DNA from: an uncultured Chloroflexia bacterium
Lineage (GTDB): Bacteria; Chloroflexota; Limnocylindria; Limnocylindrales; CSP1-4
Reading direction: 5' to 3'
Assembly (NCBI GenBank): GCA_963759495.1
Contig: CAVWZL010000003.1
Span: 43,234 to 107,233, forward strand
Length of the DNA stretch: 64,000 bases
Both the position numbers and the translations under genes were made by a program. Of the stretch, positions 33,836-43,625 are shown in pieces. Below the pieces are notes generated by a model, which saw only the letters and a program-made list of their open reading frames with translations, did not search any database and had not been told where the DNA came from. Each line of letters begins with the position of its first letter. Position 1 is the stretch's first letter.

Positions 33836-35289
33836 CCGCCGCCTCCGCAGCGACGGACGCTGTCGATGCGGTCGTGGTCGGGAGCGGCCCGAACGGGCTC
33901 GCAGCCGCCATCACGCTTGCGCGTGCCGGCCACTCGGTCTCGGTGCTCGAGGCGGCGGCGTCAGCCGGCGGCGGTGTCCGATCCGCAGAGCTGACGCTGC
34001 CCGGGTTCATCCACGACACGTGCAGCGCAATCCATCCCTTCGGCCGGCTCTCGCCGGTCCTCGCCGAGATGCACCTTGAACGGCACGGGCTGCGCTGGAT
34101 CGAGCCGCCGTACAGCATCGCGCACCCGCTCGACGACGGAACCGCGGTGCTCGTCGAGCGTGACGTCGACGCGACCGCTGCGCGACTGGGTGCGGAGGAC
34201 GGGCGCGCCTACCGGCGACAGTTCGGCTGGCTCGCCCGCGAGTTCCCGCGACTGCAGCGCGACATCCTGGCCCCGTTCCATGTGCCGCTCTGGCCCCCTC
34301 GGGCGATCGCGCTTGCGCGCTTTGGCTGGCCCGCGATCCAGTCGGCGGCGAGCCTCGCGAGACGGTTTCGCGGTGAGCCGGCGCGTGCCCTGATCGCGGG
34401 CGTGGGCGCGCACTCGATCCTGTCCCTGACGGAGCCGATCAGCGGGGCGGCCGCGCTCGTGATGCTCGGCTCCGCGCACGCGGATGGCTGGCCGTTTCCG
34501 GAGGGCGGGTCGGGACGGCTGGGCGAGGCGCTGGTCGCCGAGCTCCGGGCGCACGGCGGTGACCTCGTCACGGACCGGCGGGTTGCACGCATGAACGACC
34601 TGCCCGAGCACAAGGCGGCGCTGTTCGACCTGTCACCCGGCGCGCTTGCCTCGATTGCCGGCGACCGTCTGCCCTCAGGCTATCGACGACGCCTCGAGCG
34701 GTTCCGGCACGGACCGGGTGTCTTCAAGATCGACGTGGCGCTCGATGGCCCGATCCCGTGGGCCGCCGAAGGCGCAGGGGAGGCGGGCACGGTCCATCTG
34801 GGTGGCACCTTCGAAGAGATCGCCAGGGCCGAGGGGGCCGTCGCGGCGGGGCGGGTTCCCGATCGGCCGTTTGTGCTCCTGGTCCAGCACACCCCCTTCG
34901 ACCCGAGCCGTGCACCGGACGGCGGGCACACCGTCTGGGCCTACTGCCACGTGCCAAACGGATCGACCGCGGACATGACAGAGCCGATCCTCGGCCAGAT
35001 AGAGCGCTTTGCCCCCGGCTTCCGCGACCGGATCCTGTCCACGGCCCGCCTCTCGCCCGCGGACCTCGAGGCGTACAACCCGAACTACGTTGGCGGCGAC
35101 ATCGCCGGCGGCCGGCTCGACATTCCGCAGCTGTTCACGCGGCCCAGCCTGCGCCTCTTCGACCCGTACGCGACACCCAATCCAGGCATCTTCCTGTGCT
35201 CGGCATCCACGCCGCCGGGCGGCGGGGTCCATGGAATCCCCGGCTGGTACGCCGCCCGCTCAGCGCTGCAGCGGCTCGCCAGGGACTGA
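33832..35289 (+). CDS. NAD(P)/FAD-dependent oxidoreductase, phytoene-desaturase (CrtI)-like family
   Basis: N-terminal dinucleotide-binding motif VVVGSGPNGLAAAITLARAGHSVSVLEA. Confidence 0.7.
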   Translation: MTAASAATDAVDAVVVGSGPNGLAAAITLARAGHSVSVLEAAASAGGGVRSAELTLPGFIHDTCSAIHPFGRLSPVLAEMHLERHGLRWIEPPYSIAHPLDDGTAVLVERDVDATAARLGAEDGRAYRRQFGWLAREFPRLQRDILAPFHVPLWPPRAIALARFGWPAIQSAASLARRFRGEPARALIAGVGAHSILSLTEPISGAAALVMLGSAHADGWPFPEGGSGRLGEALVAELRAHGGDLVTDRRVARMNDLPEHKAALFDLSPGALASIAGDRLPSGYRRRLERFRHGPGVFKIDVALDGPIPWAAEGAGEAGTVHLGGTFEEIARAEGAVAAGRVPDRPFVLLVQHTPFDPSRAPDGGHTVWAYCHVPNGSTADMTEPILGQIERFAPGFRDRILSTARLSPADLEAYNPNYVGGDIAGGRLDIPQLFTRPSLRLFDPYATPNPGIFLCSASTPPGGGVHGIPGWYAARSALQRLARD

Positions 35290-35353
35290 TGCGTCGGGCT
35301 CAGCCCACCGCGTCGCTGGCCGGCGCGCATTTCGGCACCGCACACTGATCAAC

Positions 35354-36734
35354 GTGATCCGTCGTCGGCTCCTGAGCGCGCTCCAGTTCTTTCCACGCGG
35401 AGGCTCGTCGCACGTCGCCCGGGCGCTCGCCGGCGAGCTGCCGGCGCACGGCTGGGACGTGACTGTGCTCTCTGGCTCACGCACGGACCTCGGGGACTTC
35501 TGGTGACGCGAGGCGCTTCTACGGGGGGCTCGATGTCCATCCCGTGTCGTTCGACGAGGCGCTCACCGCACCGGACCCGCTCAATCCGCCGCCCGGCCTC
35601 GCACCGATCCAGCCGTCCTACGAGGACCGGTCCGGCGCTCCGGATCGGGTATTCGCCGTGCTGGACGACCTTGCCTATGAGCGCCAGGTAGCGGCCTGGG
35701 CGGGCGCGCTGGCAGCCGTGGGCGCTGCCGGATACGACGCGCTGCACCTGCACCATCTGACGCCCATCCACGAGGCGGCGTCCCGAGTCGCGCGGGGCGT
35801 ACCGGTCATCGGGCACCTGCACGGCACCGAGCTCCTGATGCTCGAAGCGATCGCGGCCGGTCCGCCGTCGAGCTGGACGCACGCCGACGCATGGGCTGAG
35901 CGGATGCGTCGCTGGGCGCACGGGTGCCAGCGGCTCATCCTGTCCTCGCCCACGCAGATGACGCGGGCCCAGGGCCTGCTCGGGATCGAAGCGGACCGGC
36001 TGGTCGTTCTGCCCAACGGGTTCGACCCGCGCCTGTTCGTGGGAAACGACGTCGATCGCGCGGCGCTGTTCCGTCGCGCGCTCGTCGAGGCACCGCGGGG
36101 CTGGCATGGCGACCAGCACCCGGGCAGCGTCCAGTACCGGAGTGATGAGCTCATGCCCCTCGTCGACGGCGTCGTCGTTGTCACGGTGAGCCGGTTCACT
36201 GCGGTCAAGCGGCTCCCCGTGCTCATCGAGGCATTCGCGCGGGCACGAAACCGCGCGCGGGCACCAGCCGGCCTGGTCATCGTGGGCGGCCATCCGGGCG
36301 AGTGGGAGGGCGAGCACCCAGCCGACACGATCGCTCGCCTCGGAGCGCGTGACGTCTTCCTTGCCGGCTGGTACGACCACGACGAGGTCCCGCACTTCCT
36401 GTCCGCCGCCGACGTGTTCGCCCTTGCGTCGGTGCGCGAGCAATTCGGCCTGGTCCTGGTCGAGGCGATGGCGTGCGGGGTCCCGCCAGTCGCGGTGGAT
36501 CGGTTTGGACCCGCGGAGATCGTGGCCGACGGCGAAACCGGCTGGCTCGTGGAACCGGACGACGTGGGCGGGCTCTCGGCGGCGCTGCTCCATGCGATCG
36601 ATGACCCAGCCGAGCGAGCCCGTCGCGGCGCTCGGGCGCGAACCGTCGCCATCGACCGCTATGGGTGGCCACGTCTCGCCGAGCGGCTTGCCCGCTTGCT
36701 GAATGCGGTCGTCGTCGACACCCCGGCGCGGTAA
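35354..36734 (+). CDS. glycosyltransferase family 4 (GT-B fold), with an apparent frameshift near 35500
   Basis: N-terminal GT4 motif (FFPRGGSSHVARALAGELPAHGWDVTVL) lies in ORF 35009..35506. The C-terminal EQFGLVLVEAMACGVPPVA motif lies in ORF 35544..36734. Confidence 0.7.
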
Positions 36735-36887
36735 GCGCCGGCCGTGGCGGAGTGTTCATGATCGAAGGCAACGCCGCGTCATGGATGAGCACGCCCGTGG
36801 CGATGGGCGGCTGGCGCCGACGATGCATGGATCGTGGTTCGACCGGGGGGGATCCAGGCCCTGCCGCGTGATGTCGTCGCCGGGTGG

Positions 36888-36963
36888 TGGGGTGGCCTAT
36901 GGGGCTCGAACCCATAACCTTCGGAGCCACAATCCGATGCTCTGCCATTGAGCTAAGGCCACC
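36888..36963 (-). tRNA. tRNA-His (anticodon GTG) with genomically encoded G-1 and 3' CCA
   Basis: Cloverleaf: G-1, acceptor GTGGCCT/AGGCCAC, D-arm AGCTCAATGGCAGAGC, anticodon stem-loop TCGGA-TTGTGGC-TCCGA, T-arm ATGGG-TTCGAGC-CCCAT, discriminator C, CCA. Confidence 0.85.
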
Positions 36964-37116
36964 ACGGTGCCAGCGGCGATCGCGCTCGGCGATCCGGCCA
37001 CGGGGCGACCGGAGTGTACCGGAAACCGAGGACAGCAACGCAGACGAACCCTCGTGGCGCGGGCGACCACGGCGCGGCGGAGCGGTACGATCGCGGCCAC
37101 GACGAATGTTGGAGGA

Positions 37117-37520
37117 ATGAGGATGACGGTGGACGCGCCGGCCATGACCGAGGAGCGGCTCCAGGTCTTCTTCGACGCGTGGAACGCGCACGACGTCGAG
37201 ACGATCGTCTCCTGCTTCACCGACGACGGGGCGTACCTCGCGTCGATCGGGCCCGAGGACGCGGGGACGGCGTTCCGCGGGCGCGAGGAGGTCCGTCGTG
37301 GCGTCACCGCCTTCCTGGGCACGTACCGCGGCGCGCACTACACCGACACGACGGTGCTCGGAGGGGCGACCGCGGCCACGCAACGTGGACCTTCCACGGA
37401 ACGCTCGCCGACGGCCGCCGTGTCGTCTACCGCGGCGTTGACGTCTTCCGGTTCGTCGGTGACCACATCGCCCTCAAGGACGCGTACCGGAAGGAACGCT
37501 CCGCGCCAATTGGCGCTTGA
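37117..37520 (+). CDS. SnoaL-like / NTF2-like domain protein, with an apparent frameshift near 37375
   Basis: N-terminal FFDAWNAHDVETIVSCFTDDGAY in ORF 36967..38097. C-terminal TWTFHGTLADGRRVVYRGVDVFRFVGDHIALKDAY in ORF 37014..37520. GGAGGA Shine-Dalgarno. Confidence 0.6.
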
Positions 37521-37542
37521 TGTCCCGCACGAGGCCCGACCG

Positions 37543-38097
37543 ATGACCGATCCGAACCAGACGCCGCTGACCGGGATGCGCGTCGGTGTCCTTTTGGCCG
37601 AGGGCGTCGAGGACCTGGAGTACTGGGTCACCGTCATGCGACTCCGCGAAGCCGGCGCGACCGTGGAGTCGATCGGCACGACGCTCGAGCCGGTCCGCGG
37701 GAAGAACGGGCTCGAGGCCCGTGCAGATCGGCTCGCGGCCGATGTGGACCGCTCCAGCTACGACGGTCTCGTCATTCCCGGGGGCTGGGCACCGGACAAG
37801 CTCCGGCGGTACGAAGCCATGACCGGTCTCGTGCGCGAGGTTCACGAGGCCGGCAAGCCGATCGGGATCATCTGCCACGGCGGCCTCGTTGCGATCTCGG
37901 CGGGGATCATCGAGCAGGGCCGGCCCGCCACGGGCTCGCTTGGCATCAAGGACGACCTCGTCAACGCGGGAGCGCGATGGGTCGACGAGCCGGCGTTCCG
38001 CGACGGCACGCTCGTGTGGGGCCGCGTCGTCGAGGACATCCCGGATTTCGAGCGCGAGCTCGTGGCCTCCTTCGCGGACCATCGCGCGGGTCGCTGA
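37543..38097 (+). CDS. DJ-1/PfpI family protein (type 1 glutamine amidotransferase-like)
   Basis: Nucleophile elbow IGIICHGG with LVIPGGW. Confidence 0.75.
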   Translation: MTDPNQTPLTGMRVGVLLAEGVEDLEYWVTVMRLREAGATVESIGTTLEPVRGKNGLEARADRLAADVDRSSYDGLVIPGGWAPDKLRRYEAMTGLVREVHEAGKPIGIICHGGLVAISAGIIEQGRPATGSLGIKDDLVNAGARWVDEPAFRDGTLVWGRVVEDIPDFERELVASFADHRAGR

Positions 38098-38250
38098 CCC
38101 AGAGGACGCGGAATCGGGATGACGGCGGACCGGTACCTCGGTTCCTGCGTGCCGGGACCACCGGTCGGCTGACCCGACCGGACCCTCTCCCTACGGTGGG
38201 AACTGCACCGGACGCCCTGCCGGTGGACTGCAGCAGGACCCACCGACCGC

Positions 38251-38961
38251 ATGTCGCCCGCGCCCTTCCTTCCCGGTCTCTCGTCCCGGTCGCGCCCGGC
38301 TCGACGCCTGTCCCTGCTGCTCGTGCTCGCACTCGCGATCGGCTCGGGCGGGTCGCTCGTCACCGCCGCGCCGGTCGGGGCGTGGGACGGCGGCGCGCCG
38401 AGCACCCCCTCCGAAACAACGCTCGCAGACCTGACCAACGGCAGCCGGGCGCGCGAGCGTCTGCCCGCGCTCCACAGCGATCCGGCCCTCGTCGCCTTCG
38501 CCCGGGAGCGCAGCCGCGACATGGCCGAGCGCGACTACTTCAGCCATGAGATGCCGGCGACCGGCGCGATGGTGTTCGACACGATGACCGCCAAGGGCTA
38601 CTGCTACGTGCTCGCGGGCGAGAACATCGGGTGGCTCGGGGGCAGGGACGCCGGCGCCGAGGCGCGCGTCCACGAGATGTTCCTGCAGTCGCCGACGCAC
38701 CGAACTGTGCTCCTGGGAAGGACCTGGGACGCGATCGGCGTCGGCACCTTCAAGCGGACCGACGGTCGCAAGTTCTGGACCGTGCTGTTCGCCGAGCGCT
38801 GTGACGAGACCAAGGTCGCCGCGGCGACAACCGGTGCCGAGACGCCGCCGCCAACACGGACCGCCACCGAGTCCCAGCCCGACATCCTCGAATCGCTGAT
38901 CGGTGGCGTGGCCGGGCTCCTTGCCGGGATGCCGCTCATGTGGGTCGCTCGACCCGCCTGA
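38251..38961 (+). CDS. secreted CAP-domain (SCP/YkwD-like) protein
   Basis: Signal peptide. DYFSHEMP...GENIGWLGG...HRTVLLGRTWDAIGVG CAP signature blocks. Confidence 0.7.
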   Translation: MSPAPFLPGLSSRSRPARRLSLLLVLALAIGSGGSLVTAAPVGAWDGGAPSTPSETTLADLTNGSRARERLPALHSDPALVAFARERSRDMAERDYFSHEMPATGAMVFDTMTAKGYCYVLAGENIGWLGGRDAGAEARVHEMFLQSPTHRTVLLGRTWDAIGVGTFKRTDGRKFWTVLFAERCDETKVAAATTGAETPPPTRTATESQPDILESLIGGVAGLLAGMPLMWVARPA

Positions 38962-38966
38962 CGCGA

Positions 38967-38975
38967 TGCTAGACT
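38967..38975 (+). promoter_or_regulatory. putative extended -10 (TGCTAGACT) for bioY
   Basis: TGnTAGACT about 47 nt upstream of the bioY GTG. Shares TGCTAG with the TGCTAGCAT motifs. Confidence 0.3.
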
Positions 38976-39021
38976 CGGGCGAGGGGTCGCCGAGGGAGCG
39001 ACCATCGATCGCGGAGTCGCA

Positions 39022-39690
39022 GTGACGCTCGCTCTCCCCAGGCTCGACCGAACCACCGCCGAGCAGCGCGGCATCACCATCGCCGATTTCCTGGTCCCGA
39101 TCCGGGTCGGTGAGCGGATCAGCTCCCGGGCTCGCCACGTCGCGCTCGTCATCGCGGGCGCCATCCTGATCGCGCTGACCGCGAACCTGTGGGTGCCCAT
39201 CCCCGGCAGCCCCGTGCCGCTCACCGGTCAGACGTTCTCGGTCCTGCTCGTGGGCGGCGCGCTCGGCCTCCGGCGCGGCTTCCTCGCCACGCTGCTGTAC
39301 CTCGTGCTGGGCTTCTTCCTGCCGGTCTACGCGCAACAGTCGTCCGGAATTGAGCGGATTGTGGCCGTCGATGGCGCCACCGTTGTGCTCGGCGCAAGGG
39401 GCGGGTATCTCATCGGGTTTGTCGTCGCGGCCGGGCTCGTCGGCCGGCTCGCGGAGCTGGGCTGGGACCGGCACATCGGCGGCGCGCTCGGTGCCATGGC
39501 CATCGGCAACGTCGTGATCTATGCCATCGGCCTGCCCTGGCTCATGGCCGCCACCGGGCAGACAGCCGCCTGGACGATCCAGAACGGCCTCACGCCATTT
39601 CTCATCACAGATCTCGTCAAGCTCGCAATCGCCGCTGCGGTGTTCCCGTTTGCATGGTGGGTGGTCGGGCGCCGGCCGGACGCGCGCTGA
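39022..39690 (+). CDS. bioY: biotin transporter BioY (ECF S component)
   Basis: VPLTGQTFSVLLVGGALG BioY signature on a 5-6 TM protein. Confidence 0.8.
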   Translation: MTLALPRLDRTTAEQRGITIADFLVPIRVGERISSRARHVALVIAGAILIALTANLWVPIPGSPVPLTGQTFSVLLVGGALGLRRGFLATLLYLVLGFFLPVYAQQSSGIERIVAVDGATVVLGARGGYLIGFVVAAGLVGRLAELGWDRHIGGALGAMAIGNVVIYAIGLPWLMAATGQTAAWTIQNGLTPFLITDLVKLAIAAAVFPFAWWVVGRRPDAR

Positions 39691-40556
39691 TCGCCGAACC
39701 GTCCGCGACGGCCGATCCGGGCCTGTTCGGGCCTGACAGCGAGGCCTGGCGGCTCGACCGCGAGGCGATGCTCCTGCTCGGCGCCGGTCCGCGAGCCCTC
39801 CTGCTCCAGATCGCGCACCCGCTGGTCGCGGCCGGGGTCGCCGACCACTCGGACTTCGAGTCGGACCCGTGGCGACGGCTCGACGGCACCCTTCGGAGCT
39901 ATCTGCGCATCGTGTACGGCTCCACGCCGCAGGCACGCGCCGAGATCCGACGCCTGAATGCGCTCCATCGTGGGATCACGGGCGCCGGCTACAGCGCACG
40001 TGATCCGGAGCTCGCGCTGTGGGTCCACGCGACGCTCGTCGACTCGACCATCGTCTCGTACGACCGCTGGTATGAGCCGATGTCGGAGGACAGACAGGCG
40101 CGCTACTACGAGGAGACGAAGCCGATCGGCCGTGCCTTCGGCATCACGGACGCGTTGCTTCCCGCCGACCTCGACGCATTTCGGGCCTACGTCGCGGGCA
40201 TGCTGGCGCCCGACGGACCGGTCCACGTCAGCCCCGTTGCCCGGGAGCTCGCGCGGGTCATCCTTCGGCCGCCTCTGGCGCCGCTGGCCGGGCTGATCCC
40301 GCAGGTGGCGCCGCTCGCGCGCCCGCTGCTCGAGCGGCTCCCGGTCGAGACGTATGCCTGGACGACGTGGCCGGCGATCGGGCTGCTGCCGGACGGAGTC
40401 CGGGCCGAGTTCGGCTTGCGCTGGGGTCCGCTCCAGCGGTCGGTGAGCGCGTGGCTCGTTTCGGCGTGGCGAGCGTGGCTCCCGCTCATTCCCACCGACT
40501 GGCGCTGGATGCCGCAGGCACGGGCGGCCGACCGACGGATGGCCGGCGAGGGCTGA
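39654..40556 (+). CDS. DUF2236 / MpaB-like oxygenase family protein
   Basis: GPDSEAWRLDREAMLLLGAGPRALLLQIAHPLVAAGV is typical of the MpaB/LCP-like family. The start is uncertain and overlaps the bioY 3' end. Confidence 0.5.
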   Translation: MVGGRAPAGRALIAEPSATADPGLFGPDSEAWRLDREAMLLLGAGPRALLLQIAHPLVAAGVADHSDFESDPWRRLDGTLRSYLRIVYGSTPQARAEIRRLNALHRGITGAGYSARDPELALWVHATLVDSTIVSYDRWYEPMSEDRQARYYEETKPIGRAFGITDALLPADLDAFRAYVAGMLAPDGPVHVSPVARELARVILRPPLAPLAGLIPQVAPLARPLLERLPVETYAWTTWPAIGLLPDGVRAEFGLRWGPLQRSVSAWLVSAWRAWLPLIPTDWRWMPQARAADRRMAGEG

Positions 40557-40565
40557 GCTTCTCGG

Positions 40566-41915
40566 TCAGTACAGCTTCGGGAAGCGCGGTCCGAAGAGCG
40601 TCGAGAGGTCGGCCGAGGTCGCGTCGTCGAGCGCATCGAGCAGCGTCTGCGAGGCGACCAGCCCGTGGCGGTTCTGTGCGATGTACGCGCGGATCGTCTC
40701 CCAGAACCTCGTGTTTCCCATGCGCCGGCGCGCCGTGTCGAGCAGGTTGCCGCCCTGGATGTAGACGACCTCGTAGTAGCACGCGCCCGAATAGCGGTAG
40801 ATCGAGCGGTCGAGACGCGCCGTCGAGCACCCGCTGGACCGTGTGCTCGCGAGGACGTAGCGCGCGGCGAAATCCGTCGCGGCCTCGTCGGTGAACGGCT
40901 CGCGGACCTGGTCGCTGCCGACGAGACCGTAGAACCACTGGTGCGCGGTCTCGTGGGTCACGAGGTAGCGCGTGTTGGCCGCGGCCAGTCCGTACGGCAG
41001 CCAGACGAGCGCAGGTGATTCCATGGCCGTGCCACCGGCTGACTGCACGACGCGGAAGGACGGGTACGGGTAGGGCCCGAGGAGCGTCCGAAGCCGGCCG
41101 AACGCGCGCGCACCTTCGTCGCGGAGCCGTGCCGCGACGGTCGCGGTGCGAGCGACGCCGACGACCTTCGTCGAGCCGACGGTCGTGGTCCTCGTGATGA
41201 AATCCGGGGCGGCCGTGATCGTGAAGTCGCGCACATTGCGCGCCTCGAACACCTGGGCGAGACCGTCGGTCGCGACGCGCTCGCCGCTCGTGGCAAAGAC
41301 AAGGGCCCGGTCGGGCACGATCCTGACCTTCACGTGCGGGCTGGTGGGGGTGACGAACGGATCGCCGAAGTTCGGCCGGTCGAAGTCGATCTCGCGGCTG
41401 ACCCAGGGCAGCCACCGGTACAGGTTTGCGATCCCGTTGGCCTTCGTGAACATCCAGCTCGAGCCCGACAGCGAGGTGCGCAATCGGGCCGCGTAGCGCA
41501 CCTCCACCTGGACGGTCGCGCCGACCGCGAGCACGCCACCGAGCGGCACGATGATCGTCTGGTCGGTCACGGTGGCCTTGACGACGACCCCGTTCACCCA
41601 CGTGCCGGTGAGCGTCATCGTGCCGAGTCGAGCGGCAACGGTGTTGAGCTCGATCCGGTCGATCGAGGAGGGGGACGTGTTGCGAATCGTGGCCACCGAC
41701 TCGACCTTGACGTTGCGCGTCTCCCAGCCGATACGGATGCGCGCGTCGTAGGAGGCCTCGAGCCGGAGACTCGTTCGGTTCACGCTGCCCGGGACGAGCT
41801 GGTGGAGCCCCACGAGGGACGTGGCGTCGGCGGCGGGCACGCCGGGCGCGGGCGCAAGCGTCCCGCTCATGGCGGCGAGCGCGGCGAGCAGGACGAGCGC
41901 GATCCGGCGCATCAC
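40566..41915 (-). CDS. secreted M1-family-like zinc metallopeptidase (HExxH-x18-E)
   Basis: Signal peptide. HETAHQWFYG...TDEAATDFAA. Confidence 0.65.
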   Translation of the reverse strand: MMRRIALVLLAALAAMSGTLAPAPGVPAADATSLVGLHQLVPGSVNRTSLRLEASYDARIRIGWETRNVKVESVATIRNTSPSSIDRIELNTVAARLGTMTLTGTWVNGVVVKATVTDQTIIVPLGGVLAVGATVQVEVRYAARLRTSLSGSSWMFTKANGIANLYRWLPWVSREIDFDRPNFGDPFVTPTSPHVKVRIVPDRALVFATSGERVATDGLAQVFEARNVRDFTITAAPDFITRTTTVGSTKVVGVARTATVAARLRDEGARAFGRLRTLLGPYPYPSFRVVQSAGGTAMESPALVWLPYGLAAANTRYLVTHETAHQWFYGLVGSDQVREPFTDEAATDFAARYVLASTRSSGCSTARLDRSIYRYSGACYYEVVYIQGGNLLDTARRRMGNTRFWETIRAYIAQNRHGLVASQTLLDALDDATSADLSTLFGPRFPKLY

Positions 41916-41962
41916 CCGGGCAGCCTACCGCGGCATCGTCGACCCGGCCTAGACTGCGGGCC

Positions 41963-43340
41963 ATGACCGAGGCCCTGATCGGCGCGATCCGGACGCAGCT
42001 ACCCGAGCTGCGGCTGCTCACCGATCCGACCGACCGGGAGTCATACCGCAGCGACGAGACCGCGTACCTGGTCACCGGGCTGCCGTGCGGTGTGGCGCTG
42101 CCGACCGAGACGCGCCAGGTCGCCGAGCTGGTTCGACTGGCGGGGGAGTTTCGGGTGCCGATCGTGCCCCGCGGGGCGGGGACCGGTCTGTCGGGTGGCG
42201 CGGCAGGAATCGAGGGCGGGCTGACGATCGCGTTCACCGCGATGGATCGGATCCTCGAGATCGACGCCGACAACCTGGTCGTGGTCACCCAGCCCGGGAT
42301 CATCAACGCCGCGCTGAAGGCCGCCGTTGCCGCGCAGGGCCTGTTCTACGCCCCGGACCCCGCCAGCTACGAGATCTGCTCGATCGGCGGCAACCTGGGC
42401 ACGAACGCGGGCGGGCTGTGCTGCATCAAGTACGGCCAGACGCGGGAATCGGTGCTGGGTCTCGAGGTCGTGATGGCCGACGGAACGGTCCTCCGGACGG
42501 GCGGCAAGAACGTCAAGGACGTGGCGGGCTATTCGCTGACCCACCTGATGGTCGGGAGCCAGGGGACGCTCGGGCTCATCACCGAGGCGATCCTGCGGCT
42601 GCGGCCGACCCCACCACCGCGCCTGACCCTGCTGGCCTTCTTTGAGCGTTTGGAGGCGTCGGGCGACGCGGTGGCGGGGATCGCCCAGGCCGGTCTGTCA
42701 CCGGTCACCCTCGAGCTCCTCGATGCGTTCACGATCGCGGCTGTCGACGAGGTGTACGACCTCGGCCTGGACCGTGAGGCGGCCGCGATGCTCATGATCG
42801 AATCGGACCTGCCCGGGGATGCCGCCCGCGGCGGAGATGGACGCCGCCCGGATCGTGTGCGAGGCGGCCGGTGCCACGAGCGTCGTCCTTGCCGCCGATG
42901 CCCAGGAGGCCGACTGGCTGCGCCAGGCCCGACGCGGGGCGTTCCACGCGCTGGAGCGGCTCGGGACGGTGCGGATGGAGGACGTCGGGGTGCCCCGTTC
43001 CCGGGTGCCCGAGCTGCTCGTCGCGATCGCCGGGATCGCCGAGGGCTACGGGGTCCGCTGCGGGACGTTCGGCCATGCGGGGGACGGCAACCTGCATCCG
43101 AACTTCGTGTTCGACCATGACGACCCCGACGCGGAACGGATCACCGAGGCCGCCCGCGGCGACCTGTACCGGGCGGCGATCGCGCTGGGTGGCACGATCA
43201 CCGGGGAGCACGGCGTCGGCCTCGCGCGACGGGCGTATCTCGAGGCGCAACGAGGCCCCAATGCCGTCCGGGTGATGCGCCAGATCAAGGACGCGCTCGA
43301 TCCCCTCGGGATCCTCAACCCGGGTCGCGTGCTGGTTTGA
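41963..43340 (+). CDS. FAD-linked oxidase (GlcD / D-lactate dehydrogenase family), with an apparent frameshift near 42830
   Basis: FAD-binding PCMH domain (VPRGAGTGLSGGA) in ORF 41963..43120. C-terminal domain (CGTFGHAGDGNLHPN...GEHGVGL) in ORF 42819..43340. Confidence 0.8.
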
Positions 43341-43377
43341 GGCGCGGCCCGGGCTCGGGGCCACGCCGAAATCGCGC

Positions 43378-43515
43378 CGTTTACCAACCCGGGTGGTGTT
43401 GAGCACGACCTTCGGGCGAAAACGCACCCAGCTACCAACACGGGGAGTAGATCGCCCGGAACCGGGCCCTTTCGACCGATTCTCCGCGCCGAACACCACG
43501 GGGGTTGGTAAACGG
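43378..43515. repeat. TACCAACnCGGGKG motif x3, including a 24-nt inverted repeat pair
   Basis: CCGTTTACCAACCCGGGTGGTGTT (43378..) and its reverse complement AACACCACGGGGGTTGGTAAACGG (about 43490..), with a third direct copy GCTACCAACACGGGG in between. Confidence 0.4.
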
Positions 43516-43611
43516 ATCCTCCTTGCGTCAGGGGGGAGGGACGGACCAGGCGGCAAGGCCCGGCGGGGAGCGAGCGGGCGCGGCTCCCGCTACTCGGCTC
43601 CGCTGCACATC

Positions 43612-43619
43612 TGTATAGT
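43612..43619 (+). promoter_or_regulatory. putative extended -10 (TGTATAGT) within palindrome CTGCAC-N17-GTGCAG; the SorC gene is probably leaderless
   Basis: The -10 hexamer ends 6-7 nt before the GTG start at 43626. The flanking CTGCAC/GTGCAG inverted repeat overlaps the start codon. Confidence 0.35.
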
Positions 43620-43625
43620 GCAAAC

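Noticed and set aside
43378-43515. The 24-nt inverted-repeat pair as a MITE or insertion-sequence remnant
   Set aside because: No flanking target-site duplication was seen, no transposase is nearby, and a third direct copy of the core lies between the arms. Regulatory sites or a structured RNA are more plausible. It is kept as a repeat and regulatory finding.
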